Source: Nitrospirota bacterium
GTDB lineage: Bacteria > Nitrospirota > Nitrospiria > 2-01-FULL-66-17
Direction: 5' to 3'
Assembly (NCBI GenBank): GCA_049325335.1
Contig: JBMOMC010000002.1
Location: forward strand, 320,001 to 384,000
DNA: 64,000 bases
The notes beneath the pieces were generated by a model. The model was not told the DNA's origin, searched no databases, and saw only the letters and a program-made list of their open reading frames with translations. Below, piece by piece: positions 9,732-23,350 of the stretch; the first letter of the stretch is position 1; the number at the start of each line of letters is the position of its first letter. The translations under genes were made by a program, and so were the position numbers.

Positions 9732-9975
9732 GAGCCTGTCCATGGAAGGCCATCTGCGGCGTTGTCGGTCGGCCTTGCGTGCTCACGTACGACCCAGTAC
9801 GCTGCTTCGCCAAGCGAGCGGAATGTATCATCGACAGCGCCACAAAACGGCGCAGTGCGCTTTCCGCGCTCGAGCCTTGCGACCCCCATTCGAGAACTCC
9901 GATGCCGGAAGTCCCCGAAGGGGGCATCTGACCTTCCCTGAACAGGCTCCAACTCGATATATTCGGACAGGCTCC
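9731..9975 (+). repeat. Structured MITE-like repeat, copy A
   Basis: Termini GGAGCCTGTC...AACAGGCTCC, with a second right end GGACAGGCTCC at 9965-9975. 23-nt core CTCACGTACGACCCAGTACGCTG shared with copies at 36162 and 58191. Confidence 0.8.
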
Positions 9976-9981
9976 TAATCC

Positions 9982-11151
9982 ATGTACGTCATCGGTCTAT
10001 CGTCGGGCACCTCCGTCGATGGCATCGATGCGGCGCTGACGGACATCACGGGGCGGCGGTCGCGCCTCACCATTCGCCTCATTAAGTACCGCACGATCGC
10101 CTATCCGCCCGGAGTGCGAGAGCGCATGCTCGCGTTGCAGTCCGACTCCGCGGACACATTGGTCGAACTCTGTCGTCTCAACGCGTACCTCGGAGAACTA
10201 TTCGCCGACGCTGCGATCAAACTGTCCCAGGCCGCCCGCGTTCCACTGCGTCGCGTGGGGTTGATCGGCTCCCACGGCCAAACCGTGGCTCACCAGCCCA
10301 CCCCGATCCGCGAGGGACGGTTTCGCGTGGCGGGTACGCTGCAGATCGGGGAGCCGTCGGTCATCGCGGAGCGAACCGGCGTGACCACGGTGGCGGATTT
10401 TCGTCCGCGTGATCTGGCGGCCGGCGGCCAGGGGGCGCCGCTGACGCCCCTGATCCATCACCGGTGTTTTGCCCATGCCACGCGCGACCGGCTGGTCGTC
10501 AATCTCGGCGGCATTTCGAACGTCACGTGGATTCCAGCCGGCCATCTCGCCGATATGGAGCGGATCGTGGCTTTCGACACCGGGCCCGGGAACATGCTCA
10601 TCGACGGGCTCATGGAACGCTTCAGCAAAGGCCGAGAATCCATGGATCGTTCGGGACGCACCGCCGCGTCCGGATCAATCGATGAGCGGCTGTTGCGGTC
10701 GCTGCTCCGGCATCCGTTCCTCGCGCAACGGCCTCCCAAGACCACCGGGCGGGAGACATTCGGTCGCGGGCTGGTGGACCGGGTCGCGTCCGACGCGCGC
10801 CGGCTGCGCGTCGCGCCGCGGGACGTGATGGCGACGGTCACGTTGTTCACCGCGCGCTCGATCGCCGACGCCTACGCGCGATTTCTCCGATCACGCACGC
10901 TCGCCGCGCCCGTGGACGTCATCGTGGGCGGCGGCGGCGTGTACAACGCGACGGTGATGGCCCAATTGCGGCGGGCATTCAGCCCCGCTCGCGTCGAACC
11001 CATGTCCCGGTACGGGGTGGACCCCAAAGCGATCGAGGCAATGGCGTTTGCATTGCTCGCCTATCTGACGGTTCACGGAGAACCCAACAATGTTCCCTCC
11101 GCCACGGGGGCGAAACGGGCGGCGGTATTAGGCAAAATTATCCCAAAATAG
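9982..11151 (+). CDS. anmK: Anhydro-N-acetylmuramic acid kinase
   Basis: IGLSSGTSVDGID, IGSHGQT, GGQGAPL, FDTGPGN, PPKTTGRE. Confidence 0.95.
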   Translation: MYVIGLSSGTSVDGIDAALTDITGRRSRLTIRLIKYRTIAYPPGVRERMLALQSDSADTLVELCRLNAYLGELFADAAIKLSQAARVPLRRVGLIGSHGQTVAHQPTPIREGRFRVAGTLQIGEPSVIAERTGVTTVADFRPRDLAAGGQGAPLTPLIHHRCFAHATRDRLVVNLGGISNVTWIPAGHLADMERIVAFDTGPGNMLIDGLMERFSKGRESMDRSGRTAASGSIDERLLRSLLRHPFLAQRPPKTTGRETFGRGLVDRVASDARRLRVAPRDVMATVTLFTARSIADAYARFLRSRTLAAPVDVIVGGGGVYNATVMAQLRRAFSPARVEPMSRYGVDPKAIEAMAFALLAYLTVHGEPNNVPSATGAKRAAVLGKIIPK

Positions 11152-11183
11152 AATTATTTCGTTTCCCCACTATTCCCGTTTGC

Positions 11184-11212
11184 TTGACATGGTCCCCCCT
11201 CGTCGTTAGAAT
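11184..11212 (+). promoter_or_regulatory. Sigma70-like promoter for clpC
   Basis: TTGACA-17nt-TAGAAT. SD AGGAGG precedes the ATG at 11269. Confidence 0.65.
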
Positions 11213-11268
11213 AAAAACGTACTACGAGACCGGGTTTTTCAGGCCCGGCTGATCCTCAGGAGGCACTA

Positions 11269-13698
11269 ATGTTCGAGCGATTCACCGATCGAGGCAGGAA
11301 AATCATCATCCTCGCGAGGGAGGAAGCCGAGCGTCACCAGAACGACTATCTCGGCACCGAACACCTCGTGCTTGCGATCCTTCGGGAAGGTGACGGCGTT
11401 GCGTTGGCCGTGATCAAAAAGATGGGGCTGTCGCCGGAGCAGGTGCGTCTGGAAATCGAGCGCAATCTGCCGAGCGGGGGGAGCACCATGACGTTCGGGG
11501 AAATTCCGTTCACCCCGCGCGTAAAAAAAGTCATCGAGTTTTCCATCGAAGAAGCCAAGCTCCTCGGCCACAACTACATCGGCAGCGAGCACTTGTTGTT
11601 GGGGTTGTTGCGCGAAGAAGAGGGTATGGGCGGCAAGATCCTGCGCAGCTTGGGCGCCAATTTGCTCACCGCACGACAGCTCACCATCAACCTGCTCAAG
11701 AAGAACGTTCCGCGCGAGAAGGACAAGAAGAGCAACACGCCCGCGCTGGATGAGTTCGGACGCGATCTGACGCAACTGGCGACCGAAGGCACGTTGGATC
11801 CGGTGATCGGCCGCGGCGATGAAATCGAGCGCGTGCTGCAGATTCTCTGCCGTCGTACCAAGAACAACCCGGTGCTCATCGGCGAATCCGGCGTGGGAAA
11901 GACCGCCATCGTCGAGGGCTTGGCGCAACGCATTATTGCGGCGGACGTGCCGGACAACTTGCTGAATCGGCGTGTGATCGCCCTGGACCTCGGTTCGTTG
12001 GTCGCAGGGACGAAATACCGCGGCCAGTTCGAAGAGCGGCTCAAGGTCGTGATGAAGGAGATCGTGAGCGCGGGCAACATCATCATCTTCATCGACGAAC
12101 TGCACACCTTGGTCGGCGCCGGCGCGGCCGAGGGATCGATCGACGCGTCCAACATGCTCAAGCCCGCGCTCGCCCGCGGCGAGATTCAGTGCATCGGCGC
12201 GACGACCTTGGACGAGTATCGTAAGCACATCGAGCGGGACGCGGCGCTCAAACGTCGGTTTCAGCCGATTCACGTGAATCCGCCGAGCACCGACGAGACC
12301 ATCAAGATCATCCGAGGCTTGAAGGATCGGTATGAGGACCACCACGGAATCGCCATTACGGAAGACGCGGTGGTGGAGGCCGTGCGGTTGTCGGATCGGT
12401 ACATCACGGACCGGTTCTTACCGGACAAGGCGATCGACGTGATCGACGAAGCCGGGTCGCGCGCGAAGCTCTTGAACTACGCGTTACCGGCTGAACTGCG
12501 CGGTTTGGAGCAAGAACACAAGCGGGTCGCGAAGGAAAAAGACGCGGCCATCAAAGCGCAGAATTTTGAAGAGGCCGTAAAACTCCGCGAAGAGGAAGAG
12601 CGCCTCAAGAAGATGCTCGAAGACTCCAAGCGGGAGTGGAAGCGTAATCAGGACAAACAGCGCACCAACATTACCAAGGAGGAAGTCGCCCTGGTGGTGT
12701 CCAAGATGACCGGAATTCCTCTGTATAAATTGGAGGAAGAGGAGTCGAAGAAACTCTTGCAGATGGAAGAGGCGTTGCACAAACGCGTCATCGGGCAGGA
12801 GGAAGCGATCGTGGCCGTGTCCAAGGCGATTCGTCGCGCCCGTGCCGGGCTCAAAGGCGAACATCGTCCGATCGGGTCGTTCATCTTCCTGGGACCCACC
12901 GGCGTGGGCAAGACCGAATTGGCTCGCACGCTCGCGGAGTTTCTGTTCGACGACGAGGACGCGCTGATTCGGATCGACATGTCCGAATACATGGAGCGCT
13001 TTGCCAGCTCGCGGTTGGTCGGAGCGCCTCCGGGGTATGTCGGGTACGAAGAGGGCGGCCAGTTGACCGAGAAGGTCCGTCGTCGGCCGTACTCCGTGGT
13101 GCTGTTCGATGAGATTGAAAAGGCCCATCCGGAGATCTTCAACATGATGCTCCAGGTCTTGGATGACGGTGCGTTGACCGACAGTTTGGGCCGGAAGGTG
13201 GATTTCAAAAACACGGTCATTATCATGACGTCCAACGTGGGCGCGCGCATGATCGATAAGGGCTCGTCGCTCGGGTTCCGACAGGAGTCCGAACATGGCG
13301 AGGGGCGTCGGATCAAAGACGACGTGATGAGTGAACTGAAGAAGACCTTCAACCCGGAGTTTCTGAACCGGATCGACGAGATCGTGGTCTTCCACACCTT
13401 GACCAAGGAGCACCTGGTCAAGATCGTGGATATCCTGATCGAGGGCGTCAACCGGCGGCTGGTGGAGAGAGGCCTCCACATTGAACTGAATGAGGACGTC
13501 AAGAAGTGGTTGATCGAAGAGGGTTATCAGCCCTTGTACGGCGCGAGGCCGATGCGCCGCTGCGTGCAGCGGCACATTGAAGATCCGTTGTCCGAGGAAG
13601 TGTTGCGCGGGCGGTTCAAGGACCAGAAGCGGATTAAGATCGTGCTCCGCGACAACGCGCCCGCGTTCATTGATGAGCCTGCGATGGCCGGCGTGTAA
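11269..13698 (+). CDS. clpC: ATP-dependent Clp protease ATP-binding subunit ClpC
   Basis: MFERFT Clp-N repeats, two AAA modules (GESGVGKT, GPTGVGKT), UVR-like coiled coil, LGF loop. Confidence 0.95.
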   Translation: MFERFTDRGRKIIILAREEAERHQNDYLGTEHLVLAILREGDGVALAVIKKMGLSPEQVRLEIERNLPSGGSTMTFGEIPFTPRVKKVIEFSIEEAKLLGHNYIGSEHLLLGLLREEEGMGGKILRSLGANLLTARQLTINLLKKNVPREKDKKSNTPALDEFGRDLTQLATEGTLDPVIGRGDEIERVLQILCRRTKNNPVLIGESGVGKTAIVEGLAQRIIAADVPDNLLNRRVIALDLGSLVAGTKYRGQFEERLKVVMKEIVSAGNIIIFIDELHTLVGAGAAEGSIDASNMLKPALARGEIQCIGATTLDEYRKHIERDAALKRRFQPIHVNPPSTDETIKIIRGLKDRYEDHHGIAITEDAVVEAVRLSDRYITDRFLPDKAIDVIDEAGSRAKLLNYALPAELRGLEQEHKRVAKEKDAAIKAQNFEEAVKLREEEERLKKMLEDSKREWKRNQDKQRTNITKEEVALVVSKMTGIPLYKLEEEESKKLLQMEEALHKRVIGQEEAIVAVSKAIRRARAGLKGEHRPIGSFIFLGPTGVGKTELARTLAEFLFDDEDALIRIDMSEYMERFASSRLVGAPPGYVGYEEGGQLTEKVRRRPYSVVLFDEIEKAHPEIFNMMLQVLDDGALTDSLGRKVDFKNTVIIMTSNVGARMIDKGSSLGFRQESEHGEGRRIKDDVMSELKKTFNPEFLNRIDEIVVFHTLTKEHLVKIVDILIEGVNRRLVERGLHIELNEDVKKWLIEEGYQPLYGARPMRRCVQRHIEDPLSEEVLRGRFKDQKRIKIVLRDNAPAFIDEPAMAGV

Positions 13699-13725
13699 CG
13701 CGCCCGGCCTGACGACTGTTAAAAT

Positions 13726-13760
13726 GGAGGGGCGGGGATGACCCGCCCCTCCGTGTTTGT
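13726..13760 (+). terminator. Putative intrinsic terminator after clpC
   Basis: GGAGGGGCGGG-GATGA-CCCGCCCCTCC followed by a GT-rich tail. Confidence 0.5.
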
Positions 13761-13789
13761 GCGTCCAGCGGTTCCTGCCATGTGACGAT

Positions 13790-14809
13790 GTGCTGATTCT
13801 GGGAATCGAAACCTCCTGCGATGAAACCGCCGCAGCCATTGTGCGCGACGGGTCGGTTATCGTGTCCGAGGAGTTGGCCACGCAGACCGGCGTACACTCC
13901 AAGTTCGGCGGGGTGGTCCCCGAGTTGGCGTGCCGCGGGCACGTGGAAGTCATCGACCGCGTGGTGGAGGAGACGCTCGCCAAGGCCGGAGTGACGGCGC
14001 CGGACGTGGACGCCGTGGCCGTGACCTCGGGCCCAGGACTCGCCGGGGCGCTCCTGGTCGGGGTCTCGTTCGCCAAGGGTCTGGCCTATGCGCTCGATCG
14101 CCCGCTGATCGGAATCAATCACCTCGAGGGCCACATTGTGGCGCCGGTGTTGTCCGGGCAGACCATCGCCTATCCTGCGGTGGCGTTGATCGTGTCCGGT
14201 GGGCACACGCATCTCTACGTGGTCGAAGCATTCGGGCGCTACCGGTTGGTGGGGCACACGATCGACGACGCGGCGGGCGAAGCCTTTGACAAGGCCGCGT
14301 ATTGCCTGGGCCTGGGATTTCCCGGCGGCCCGGCCATCGACCGACTCGCGAAAACCGGCGATCCAACCCGTTTTCGATTTCCGCGGCCGTTGACCGGACG
14401 CGGCGGGGGAAGCCACGTGGGGTCGCGCGGATTCGACATGAGTTTCAGCGGGCTCAAAACCGCGTTCGTCCAGGCGTTGCGTCGCGAAGGGCCAGGGGAT
14501 GGGGCCTACCCGGACTTGGCGGCGGGGTTCCAGGCGGCGGTGGTGGACGTGTTGGTGGAGAAAACCATCGCCGCGGCGAAAACCGCGGGCGTGACCGACA
14601 TCATCATCGGCGGCGGGGTGGCGGCCAACTCGCGCTTGCGGGCCGCGATGACGGCGCAGGCCGCGGAGCACGGGTTTAGACTCGTCATGCCCACGCCGCG
14701 GCACTGCACGGACAACGCCGCCATGATCGCGGCCGCCGCGTTCCACCACGTGGCGCTCGATCACACGGCGGCGATGGCGCTCAACGCGGACCCGTCGCTG
14801 GCGCTGTAG
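13790..14809 (+). CDS. tsaD: tRNA t6A37 threonylcarbamoyltransferase
   Basis: ILGIETSCDETAAA, HLEGH, VSGGHT, DDAAGEAFDK, CTDNAAMIA. Confidence 0.96.
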   Translation: MLILGIETSCDETAAAIVRDGSVIVSEELATQTGVHSKFGGVVPELACRGHVEVIDRVVEETLAKAGVTAPDVDAVAVTSGPGLAGALLVGVSFAKGLAYALDRPLIGINHLEGHIVAPVLSGQTIAYPAVALIVSGGHTHLYVVEAFGRYRLVGHTIDDAAGEAFDKAAYCLGLGFPGGPAIDRLAKTGDPTRFRFPRPLTGRGGGSHVGSRGFDMSFSGLKTAFVQALRREGPGDGAYPDLAAGFQAAVVDVLVEKTIAAAKTAGVTDIIIGGGVAANSRLRAAMTAQAAEHGFRLVMPTPRHCTDNAAMIAAAAFHHVALDHTAAMALNADPSLAL

Positions 14810-14860
14810 GTAGAGGACAGGGCGCATTTTAGGCCACGTGTCGAGCTGCGGTACAGCACA

Positions 14861-15661
14861 ATGACCATGAACATCTTCATTACCGGCGCGTCGTCCGGGA
14901 TCGGCGAGGCGCTCGCGGTGCGTTTCGCGTCGCCCGGGCGAACGCTCGGGTTGACGGCCAGGCGGGCGTCCGAGCTCGAACGGGTCGCTCTCCGCTGTCG
15001 CGAGCGAGGCGCCACGGTGTCGACGTTTCCTCTTGACGTGCGCGACGCGGAGGCGGTGCTGCGCGCGGGGTGGGCGTTTCTCGCGGAGGCGGGCCGCGTG
15101 GACGCGGTGATCGCGAACGCGGGGGTGAGTCGCCGCGACAACGACGATCGAACCGACTCCGCGCGTTCGCGCGAGATCATCGAGACGAATCTACTGGGCG
15201 TGATCCATACCTTCGAGCCGTTTATTGCTGATATGGAGCGTGCGGGCGCGGGCTCGTTGGTGGCCGTCTCCAGCGTCGCGGGATTTCGCGGCCTGCCCAA
15301 CGCGGGCGCGTACTCCGCCTCCAAAGCCGCGGTCAATACCTGGATGGAGTCGCTGCGGGTCCGGCTGCGGGGCCGGGTGCATGTGATGACGGTGTGCCCC
15401 GGGTTCGTGGACACGCCCATGACCGCCTCCAACCGGTTCCCCATGCCGTGGCTGCTCACTGCGGACGACGCGGCGGCGCGGATCGAACGCGGGATCACAC
15501 GTCGGACGCGGGTGTTAGTGTTTCCCGCGCCGATGCGATGGTTGATGGGGTGCATTCGTCTCATCCCGTCCGCGCTCTATGAACCGGTCGCCTCCTGGGC
15601 GATCCGGCGTAATCCCGATCTCTTCAGAAAGTCAGACGGGACGCCTGACACTCGGTCGTGA
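14861..15661 (+). CDS. Short-chain dehydrogenase/reductase
   Basis: TGASSGIG, NAG and YSASK motifs. Confidence 0.9.
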   Translation: MTMNIFITGASSGIGEALAVRFASPGRTLGLTARRASELERVALRCRERGATVSTFPLDVRDAEAVLRAGWAFLAEAGRVDAVIANAGVSRRDNDDRTDSARSREIIETNLLGVIHTFEPFIADMERAGAGSLVAVSSVAGFRGLPNAGAYSASKAAVNTWMESLRVRLRGRVHVMTVCPGFVDTPMTASNRFPMPWLLTADDAAARIERGITRRTRVLVFPAPMRWLMGCIRLIPSALYEPVASWAIRRNPDLFRKSDGTPDTRS

Positions 15662-15824
15662 CTGTGAGTCATGCTTTGCCTGTTATGCTTTGCCTTGACC
15701 GCGTTCCCGGCGGTGTGATACCGTAGACATCAGTTGTTTGTTCGGGTGGTTTCCGTGTTGAGCCCCGGGACTACGTCTTGGGGCTTTGTCGTATCTACTG
15801 TACTGCAGGGCAGGGGGACACGTG

Positions 15825-17681
15825 GTGAACGGTCAGATTACGGGTGTTCGGGACGACGTCAGAAATATCGCCATTATCGCGCACGTTGATCACGGGAAAA
15901 CGACCCTGGTCGATCGCATGCTGCAACAGGGCGGCGCGTTTGCCGCGCACGAGACCGTGGGCGAACGGGTCATGGATTCCAACGCGTTGGAGCGGGAGCG
16001 CGGGATCACCATTTTGGCCAAGAACACCGCGGTGCGGTACCAGCCTCCGGCCGGCGGACCGCAGATCTTGATCAATATCGTGGACACGCCTGGACATGCG
16101 GACTTCTCAGGAGAAGTCGAGCGGGTGTTGACCATGGTGGATGGCGTGTTGTTGGTGGTCGATGCCGTGGACGGGCCCATGCCCCAGACGCGGTTCGTGT
16201 TGAAGAAGGCGCTGGAACTGCGATTACAGCCGGTGGTGGTGATCAACAAGATCGATCGCGCGGATGCGCGGCCGGTGGACGTGGTCAACGAAGTGTTCGA
16301 TCTGTTCGTCGAGCTTCACGCGAGTGACGATCAGTTGGACTTCCCCGTGGTGTTCGCGTCGGCCAAGACCGGGATCGCGTCGCGCAGCGCAACCGAGCCG
16401 GGCCGGGATCTCGTGCCGTTGTTCGAGACGATTATGGAGCGAATTCCTCCTCCGCCCGGCGACGACGCGGCGCCGTTGCAACTGCAGATCACCAATTTGG
16501 ACTACGACTCCTACGTGGGCCGGATTGGACTCGGACGCATCGCGCGCGGCACCATTCGCGTGAACGGCCCGGTCGCGCGCGTGAGCGGCGACGGCCGCGT
16601 CGAACCCGGCAAGATCACGAAGTTGTTTCTGTTTCACGGGCTGCGTCGTTCCGAGGCGCAAGAGGCCCGGGCCGGCGACATCGTGGCGGTGGCCGGACTC
16701 GAATCATTGACCATCGGTGACACATTGACTGCGTTGGATCGACCGGAAGGCTTGCCGCCGTTGTCCATCGGAGAGCCCACGATCTCCATGGCGTTCATGG
16801 TGAACAATTCGCCCTTGGCGGGCCGCGAAGGCAAGTTCGTGACCTCGCGCCATTTGCGTGACCGATTGATGCGCGAATTGCGGACGAACGTGGCGCTACG
16901 GGTCGAGGAGACCGGAACGACCGACGAGTTCCTGGTGTCGGGCCGCGGGGAGTTGCACCTGGCCATTCTCATCGAGAACATGCGCCGCGAAGGATACGAG
17001 TTTGCGGTGTCGCGGCCGCAGGTGATCTTCAAGACCATCGATGGCGACACCTGCGAGCCCATGGAGAACCTGCTCCTGGACGTGCCGGAAGCCTCGGTTG
17101 GCGTGGTGATGGAGGCGCTCGGCCCCCGTCGCGCCGAGCTGGAGAACATGGTCAATGGCGGCGATGGGTGGGTCCATTTAGCCTTCATCATCCCGGCGCG
17201 CGGATTATTCGGGTACCGCAGCGAATTTCTCACCGCGACCAAGGGCGAAGGGCTAATCAACCACGCGTTCGCGGGCTATCGACCGTCCAAGGGCGACGTG
17301 CCCACGCGCAATCGTGGCGTGTTGGTGGCGTTGGAGCCCGGGGAATCGGTTACGTACGCGCTGCACAATATCCAGGAACGGGGCGCGCTATTTCTTGGTG
17401 CGGCTGAACCGATTTACGAAGGGATGATCATCGGCGAGCACTCGCGGCCCGGAGACTTGATCGTCAACCCCTGCAAGAAGAAACACCTGACCAACATCCG
17501 CTCGTCGGGCGCGGAAGACGCCTTGGTGCTCACGCCCCCGCGCCGACTCTCGCTCGAACAGGCCATCGAGTTTATCGAGGACGACGAACTGGTGGAGATG
17601 ACGCCGCAGTCGATCCGACTCCGGAAGCGGTATCTGAGCGGCGACGAACGCAAGCGCCGTCGCAACGCGGCGTCCGCTTGA
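15825..17681 (+). CDS. typA: Translational GTPase TypA/BipA
   Basis: [34 protein letters not shown], BipA C-terminal domain. Start is approximate (GTG 15822 or 15825). Confidence 0.96.
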   Translation: MNGQITGVRDDVRNIAIIAHVDHGKTTLVDRMLQQGGAFAAHETVGERVMDSNALERERGITILAKNTAVRYQPPAGGPQILINIVDTPGHADFSGEVERVLTMVDGVLLVVDAVDGPMPQTRFVLKKALELRLQPVVVINKIDRADARPVDVVNEVFDLFVELHASDDQLDFPVVFASAKTGIASRSATEPGRDLVPLFETIMERIPPPPGDDAAPLQLQITNLDYDSYVGRIGLGRIARGTIRVNGPVARVSGDGRVEPGKITKLFLFHGLRRSEAQEARAGDIVAVAGLESLTIGDTLTALDRPEGLPPLSIGEPTISMAFMVNNSPLAGREGKFVTSRHLRDRLMRELRTNVALRVEETGTTDEFLVSGRGELHLAILIENMRREGYEFAVSRPQVIFKTIDGDTCEPMENLLLDVPEASVGVVMEALGPRRAELENMVNGGDGWVHLAFIIPARGLFGYRSEFLTATKGEGLINHAFAGYRPSKGDVPTRNRGVLVALEPGESVTYALHNIQERGALFLGAAEPIYEGMIIGEHSRPGDLIVNPCKKKHLTNIRSSGAEDALVLTPPRRLSLEQAIEFIEDDELVEMTPQSIRLRKRYLSGDERKRRRNAASA

Positions 17682-17724
17682 CCGCATTGCGCCGAGTGTG
17701 CTACACAAACCGATACTTGCCTGA

Positions 17725-20867
<3,143 letters not shown>

Positions 20868-20868
20868 C

Positions 20869-20900
20869 AAAAAAGCCCGGGCCATGCCCGGGCTTTTTTT
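20869..20900. terminator. Bidirectional intrinsic terminator
   Basis: AAAAAA-GCCCGGGC-CAT-GCCCGGGC-TTTTTTT between convergent guaA and cspA. Confidence 0.85.
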
Positions 20901-20920
20901 ATGGGAGCAACAGACGACGC

Positions 20921-21121
20921 TTAAACTTTAACCACGTTCGCCGCCTGCAAACCTTTCGGCCCATTCACGATTTCGAATTCCACCTCTTGCCCTTCGTCCA
21001 GCGTTTTGAATCCGTCACCTTGGATGGCTGAAAAGTGCACGAAGACGTCGCTACCGGAGTCCTGGGCGATGAATCCATACCCCTTGCTGCCGTTGAACCA
21101 TTTCACTTTGCCTCTTGCCAT
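20921..21121 (-). CDS. cspA: Cold-shock protein
   Basis: [22 protein letters not shown]. Confidence 0.95.
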   Translation of the reverse strand: MARGKVKWFNGSKGYGFIAQDSGSDVFVHFSAIQGDGFKTLDEGQEVEFEIVNGPKGLQAANVVKV

Positions 21122-21313
21122 TGCCCTTCACCTCCCTTCAATAAACTCCCCGCAACCGTTTCAGGCGTTGTCGGCGTGATTTAGAAACAACAATGCCGCA
21201 GGGCTGGTCCCCTTAAAGCCTCTGCGGCATTCCCTCGTTCTATGCGTCTTGCCGACAACTCCCACCACCAACGTACCGAATAATTTGTAGCATGAGGAAA
21301 GTTATACTGTCAA
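21122..21313 (-). promoter_or_regulatory. cspA promoter and long structured 5' UTR
   Basis: Minus-strand TTGACA-18nt-TACAAA. Nested inverted repeats at 21167-21175/21251-21259 and 21192-21201/21222-21231. Confidence 0.55.
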
Positions 21314-21368
21314 GAACGCGAGTCCGGTCCCGCGTGCGTGCAAGACGGAGGGATCGTCCGGAGGGGAA

Positions 21369-22490
21369 CTACGATGTCGCGGTTCGGCGGGTCGCCAGCA
21401 TGGCGTCCACTTCTTCCCGCAAGTCTTGCCATCGGAGCGAAGACACGCCGAGAAACGTGTCGACCACCCGGGGATCGAACTGGGTGCCGGCGCACCGCTG
21501 AATTTCGGCCCGCGCGTGTTCGTACGGCAACGCCTTGCGGTACGGACGTTCCGAGGTCATGGCGTCGAACGTGTCGGCGACTACGAAGATGCGCGCGCCG
21601 AACAGAATATCGTTCCGGCTCGTTTGATTGGGATACCCGAGTCCGTCGTAACGTTCGTGGTGATGGAGGACGATCTTGGCGGCGTCGCGCAGAAACGCGA
21701 TGTCCTTGAGCATCTCATAGCCGTATTGCACGTGCCGTCGCATCTCGGTCCATTCCGCGTCGGTCAATTTCGCTGGTTTGCGGAGGATCGTGTCCGGGAC
21801 GCCGATTTTGCCGATGTCGTGCAGCACGGCTCCGCGCTTGATGGTCTCCATCTCAGCCGCGCTCACGCCCATGCGTTCGGCGAGTTCGACGGTGTATACC
21901 GACACGCGTTGCGTGTGTCCCTGGGTTTCGTTGTCCCGGTAGTCGAGCGCCATAATCAGCGCGTCGATCGTATCGGTGTACGATCGTTCGAGGAGCGTCA
22001 GGGTGTGGTTGAGTTCCTCTCGACGGCAACGTTCGAGGTGCAGGTGCTCGCGGATCTCCCGCGTTTGTTCGGCCACGCGCTCCTCGAGCGAACGATGGTA
22101 CGCGCGATTCTCCACGAGCAACTGCCGGCGCTCCAGCGCTTTTTCCACGTGAACCGCCAGTTGTTCGAGATGAAACGGTTTGGTGATGTAGTCGTACGCA
22201 CCGAGCTTCATGGCTTGGACCGCCATCTGCGTGTCGGAGGCCGCAGTCAGCATGACCACCGCGGTCTCCGGGTAGGCCTGCACCAGCCGTTTGAGCAGGT
22301 CGATGCCCGAGACGCCCGGCATCATGATGTCGCTCAACACCAGGTGGATCGGTTCGCGTTCCAAGATCGGCCATGCGCGATCCGCGCTGTCCGCGGTCCG
22401 GCACACGTAGCCTAAATGCAGAAGCTTGGCGAGCAACAGCTCCCGGATGTTGGGGTCGTCATCGACGATGAGTATGGTGGAGTGGTCCAT
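21369..22490 (-). CDS. Response regulator with HD-GYP cyclic-dinucleotide phosphodiesterase domain
   Basis: Receiver domain (IVDDD, SDIMMP, ITKPF), LHDIGK, HHHERYDGLGYP. Confidence 0.92.
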   Translation of the reverse strand: MDHSTILIVDDDPNIRELLLAKLLHLGYVCRTADSADRAWPILEREPIHLVLSDIMMPGVSGIDLLKRLVQAYPETAVVMLTAASDTQMAVQAMKLGAYDYITKPFHLEQLAVHVEKALERRQLLVENRAYHRSLEERVAEQTREIREHLHLERCRREELNHTLTLLERSYTDTIDALIMALDYRDNETQGHTQRVSVYTVELAERMGVSAAEMETIKRGAVLHDIGKIGVPDTILRKPAKLTDAEWTEMRRHVQYGYEMLKDIAFLRDAAKIVLHHHERYDGLGYPNQTSRNDILFGARIFVVADTFDAMTSERPYRKALPYEHARAEIQRCAGTQFDPRVVDTFLGVSSLRWQDLREEVDAMLATRRTATS

Positions 22491-22664
22491 GTCGAGCGCA
22501 GGCGGTTTGGTGATCCCGTCGGTTCACCGTCTGACGGCTGCGCGGATCCGACGTTGCTCCGGATCCGTACGCGGCGTCATCGCCAAGTGGACGGCAGATT
22601 ACCTTAATGACGAGGGGTTTGACAAGGGACGATTCCGCGCTCCGCCGCGTCCCGTGCCGGTTTC

Positions 22665-22693
22665 TTGACTTCGACCGGGACGCTGTCTAGAAT
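22665..22693 (+). promoter_or_regulatory. Sigma70-like promoter for the tadA/tRNA locus
   Basis: TTGACT-17nt-TAGAAT. Confidence 0.55.
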
Positions 22694-22734
22694 GGCGTGC
22701 TTTGCGGAACGCGCACGATACAACCCCCGTGTCC

Positions 22735-23250
22735 ATGAACGAGCCGTGGATGGCGCTGGCGCTTGAAGAAGCGCGGGCCGCCGCGCGCGAGGGGGAAGCC
22801 CCGGTGGGCGCGATCGTGGTGGTCGACGGCGAGGTGGCGGCTCGCGGTCGCAATCGGCGCGAGACGGACCGTGATCCTACCGCGCACGCGGAACTGATCG
22901 CCGTGCGCGACGCGGCTGAACACCTTGGCCGCTGGCGGCTCTCCGGCGCGACCGTCTACGTGACGTTGGAGCCGTGTCCGATGTGCGCGGGCGCGCTGAT
23001 TCTGGCGCGGGTTGATCGGATCGTGTTCGGGGCGTACGACCCCAAGGCCGGCGCCTGTGGGTCGGTCGTGGATCTGTTTGAATCGGGACGGTTCAACCAC
23101 CGGCCCGAGATCGTCGGCGGCGTGATGGCCGAGGCGTGCGGGCGGGTGTTGTCGGAGTTTTTTGAGGGACGACGGGGACAACAAAAGATAAAAATCGAAA
23201 GATCTGGCAGCCTCGGCACTGGGACTCGTGCCTCCGTTGCCCTACGCTAG
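22735..23250 (+). CDS. tadA: tRNA adenosine(34) deaminase
   Basis: PVGA, AHAE, TLEPCPMCAGA, DPKAGA. Confidence 0.95.
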   Translation: MNEPWMALALEEARAAAREGEAPVGAIVVVDGEVAARGRNRRETDRDPTAHAELIAVRDAAEHLGRWRLSGATVYVTLEPCPMCAGALILARVDRIVFGAYDPKAGACGSVVDLFESGRFNHRPEIVGGVMAEACGRVLSEFFEGRRGQQKIKIERSGSLGTGTRASVALR

Positions 23251-23258
23251 CGAGGATG

Positions 23259-23350
23259 GGAGAGATGGCCGAGTCCGGTCGAAGGCGTCTGACTCGAAAT
23301 CAGATGTGGGGGAAACTCCACCGGGGGTTCAAATCCCTCTCTCTCCGCCA
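23259..23350 (+). tRNA. tRNA-Ser (CGA)
   Basis: Acceptor stem GGAGAGA/TCTCTCC, anticodon arm TCTGA-CTCGAAA-TCAGA, long variable arm, GTTCAAATC T-loop, encoded CCA. Confidence 0.95.
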
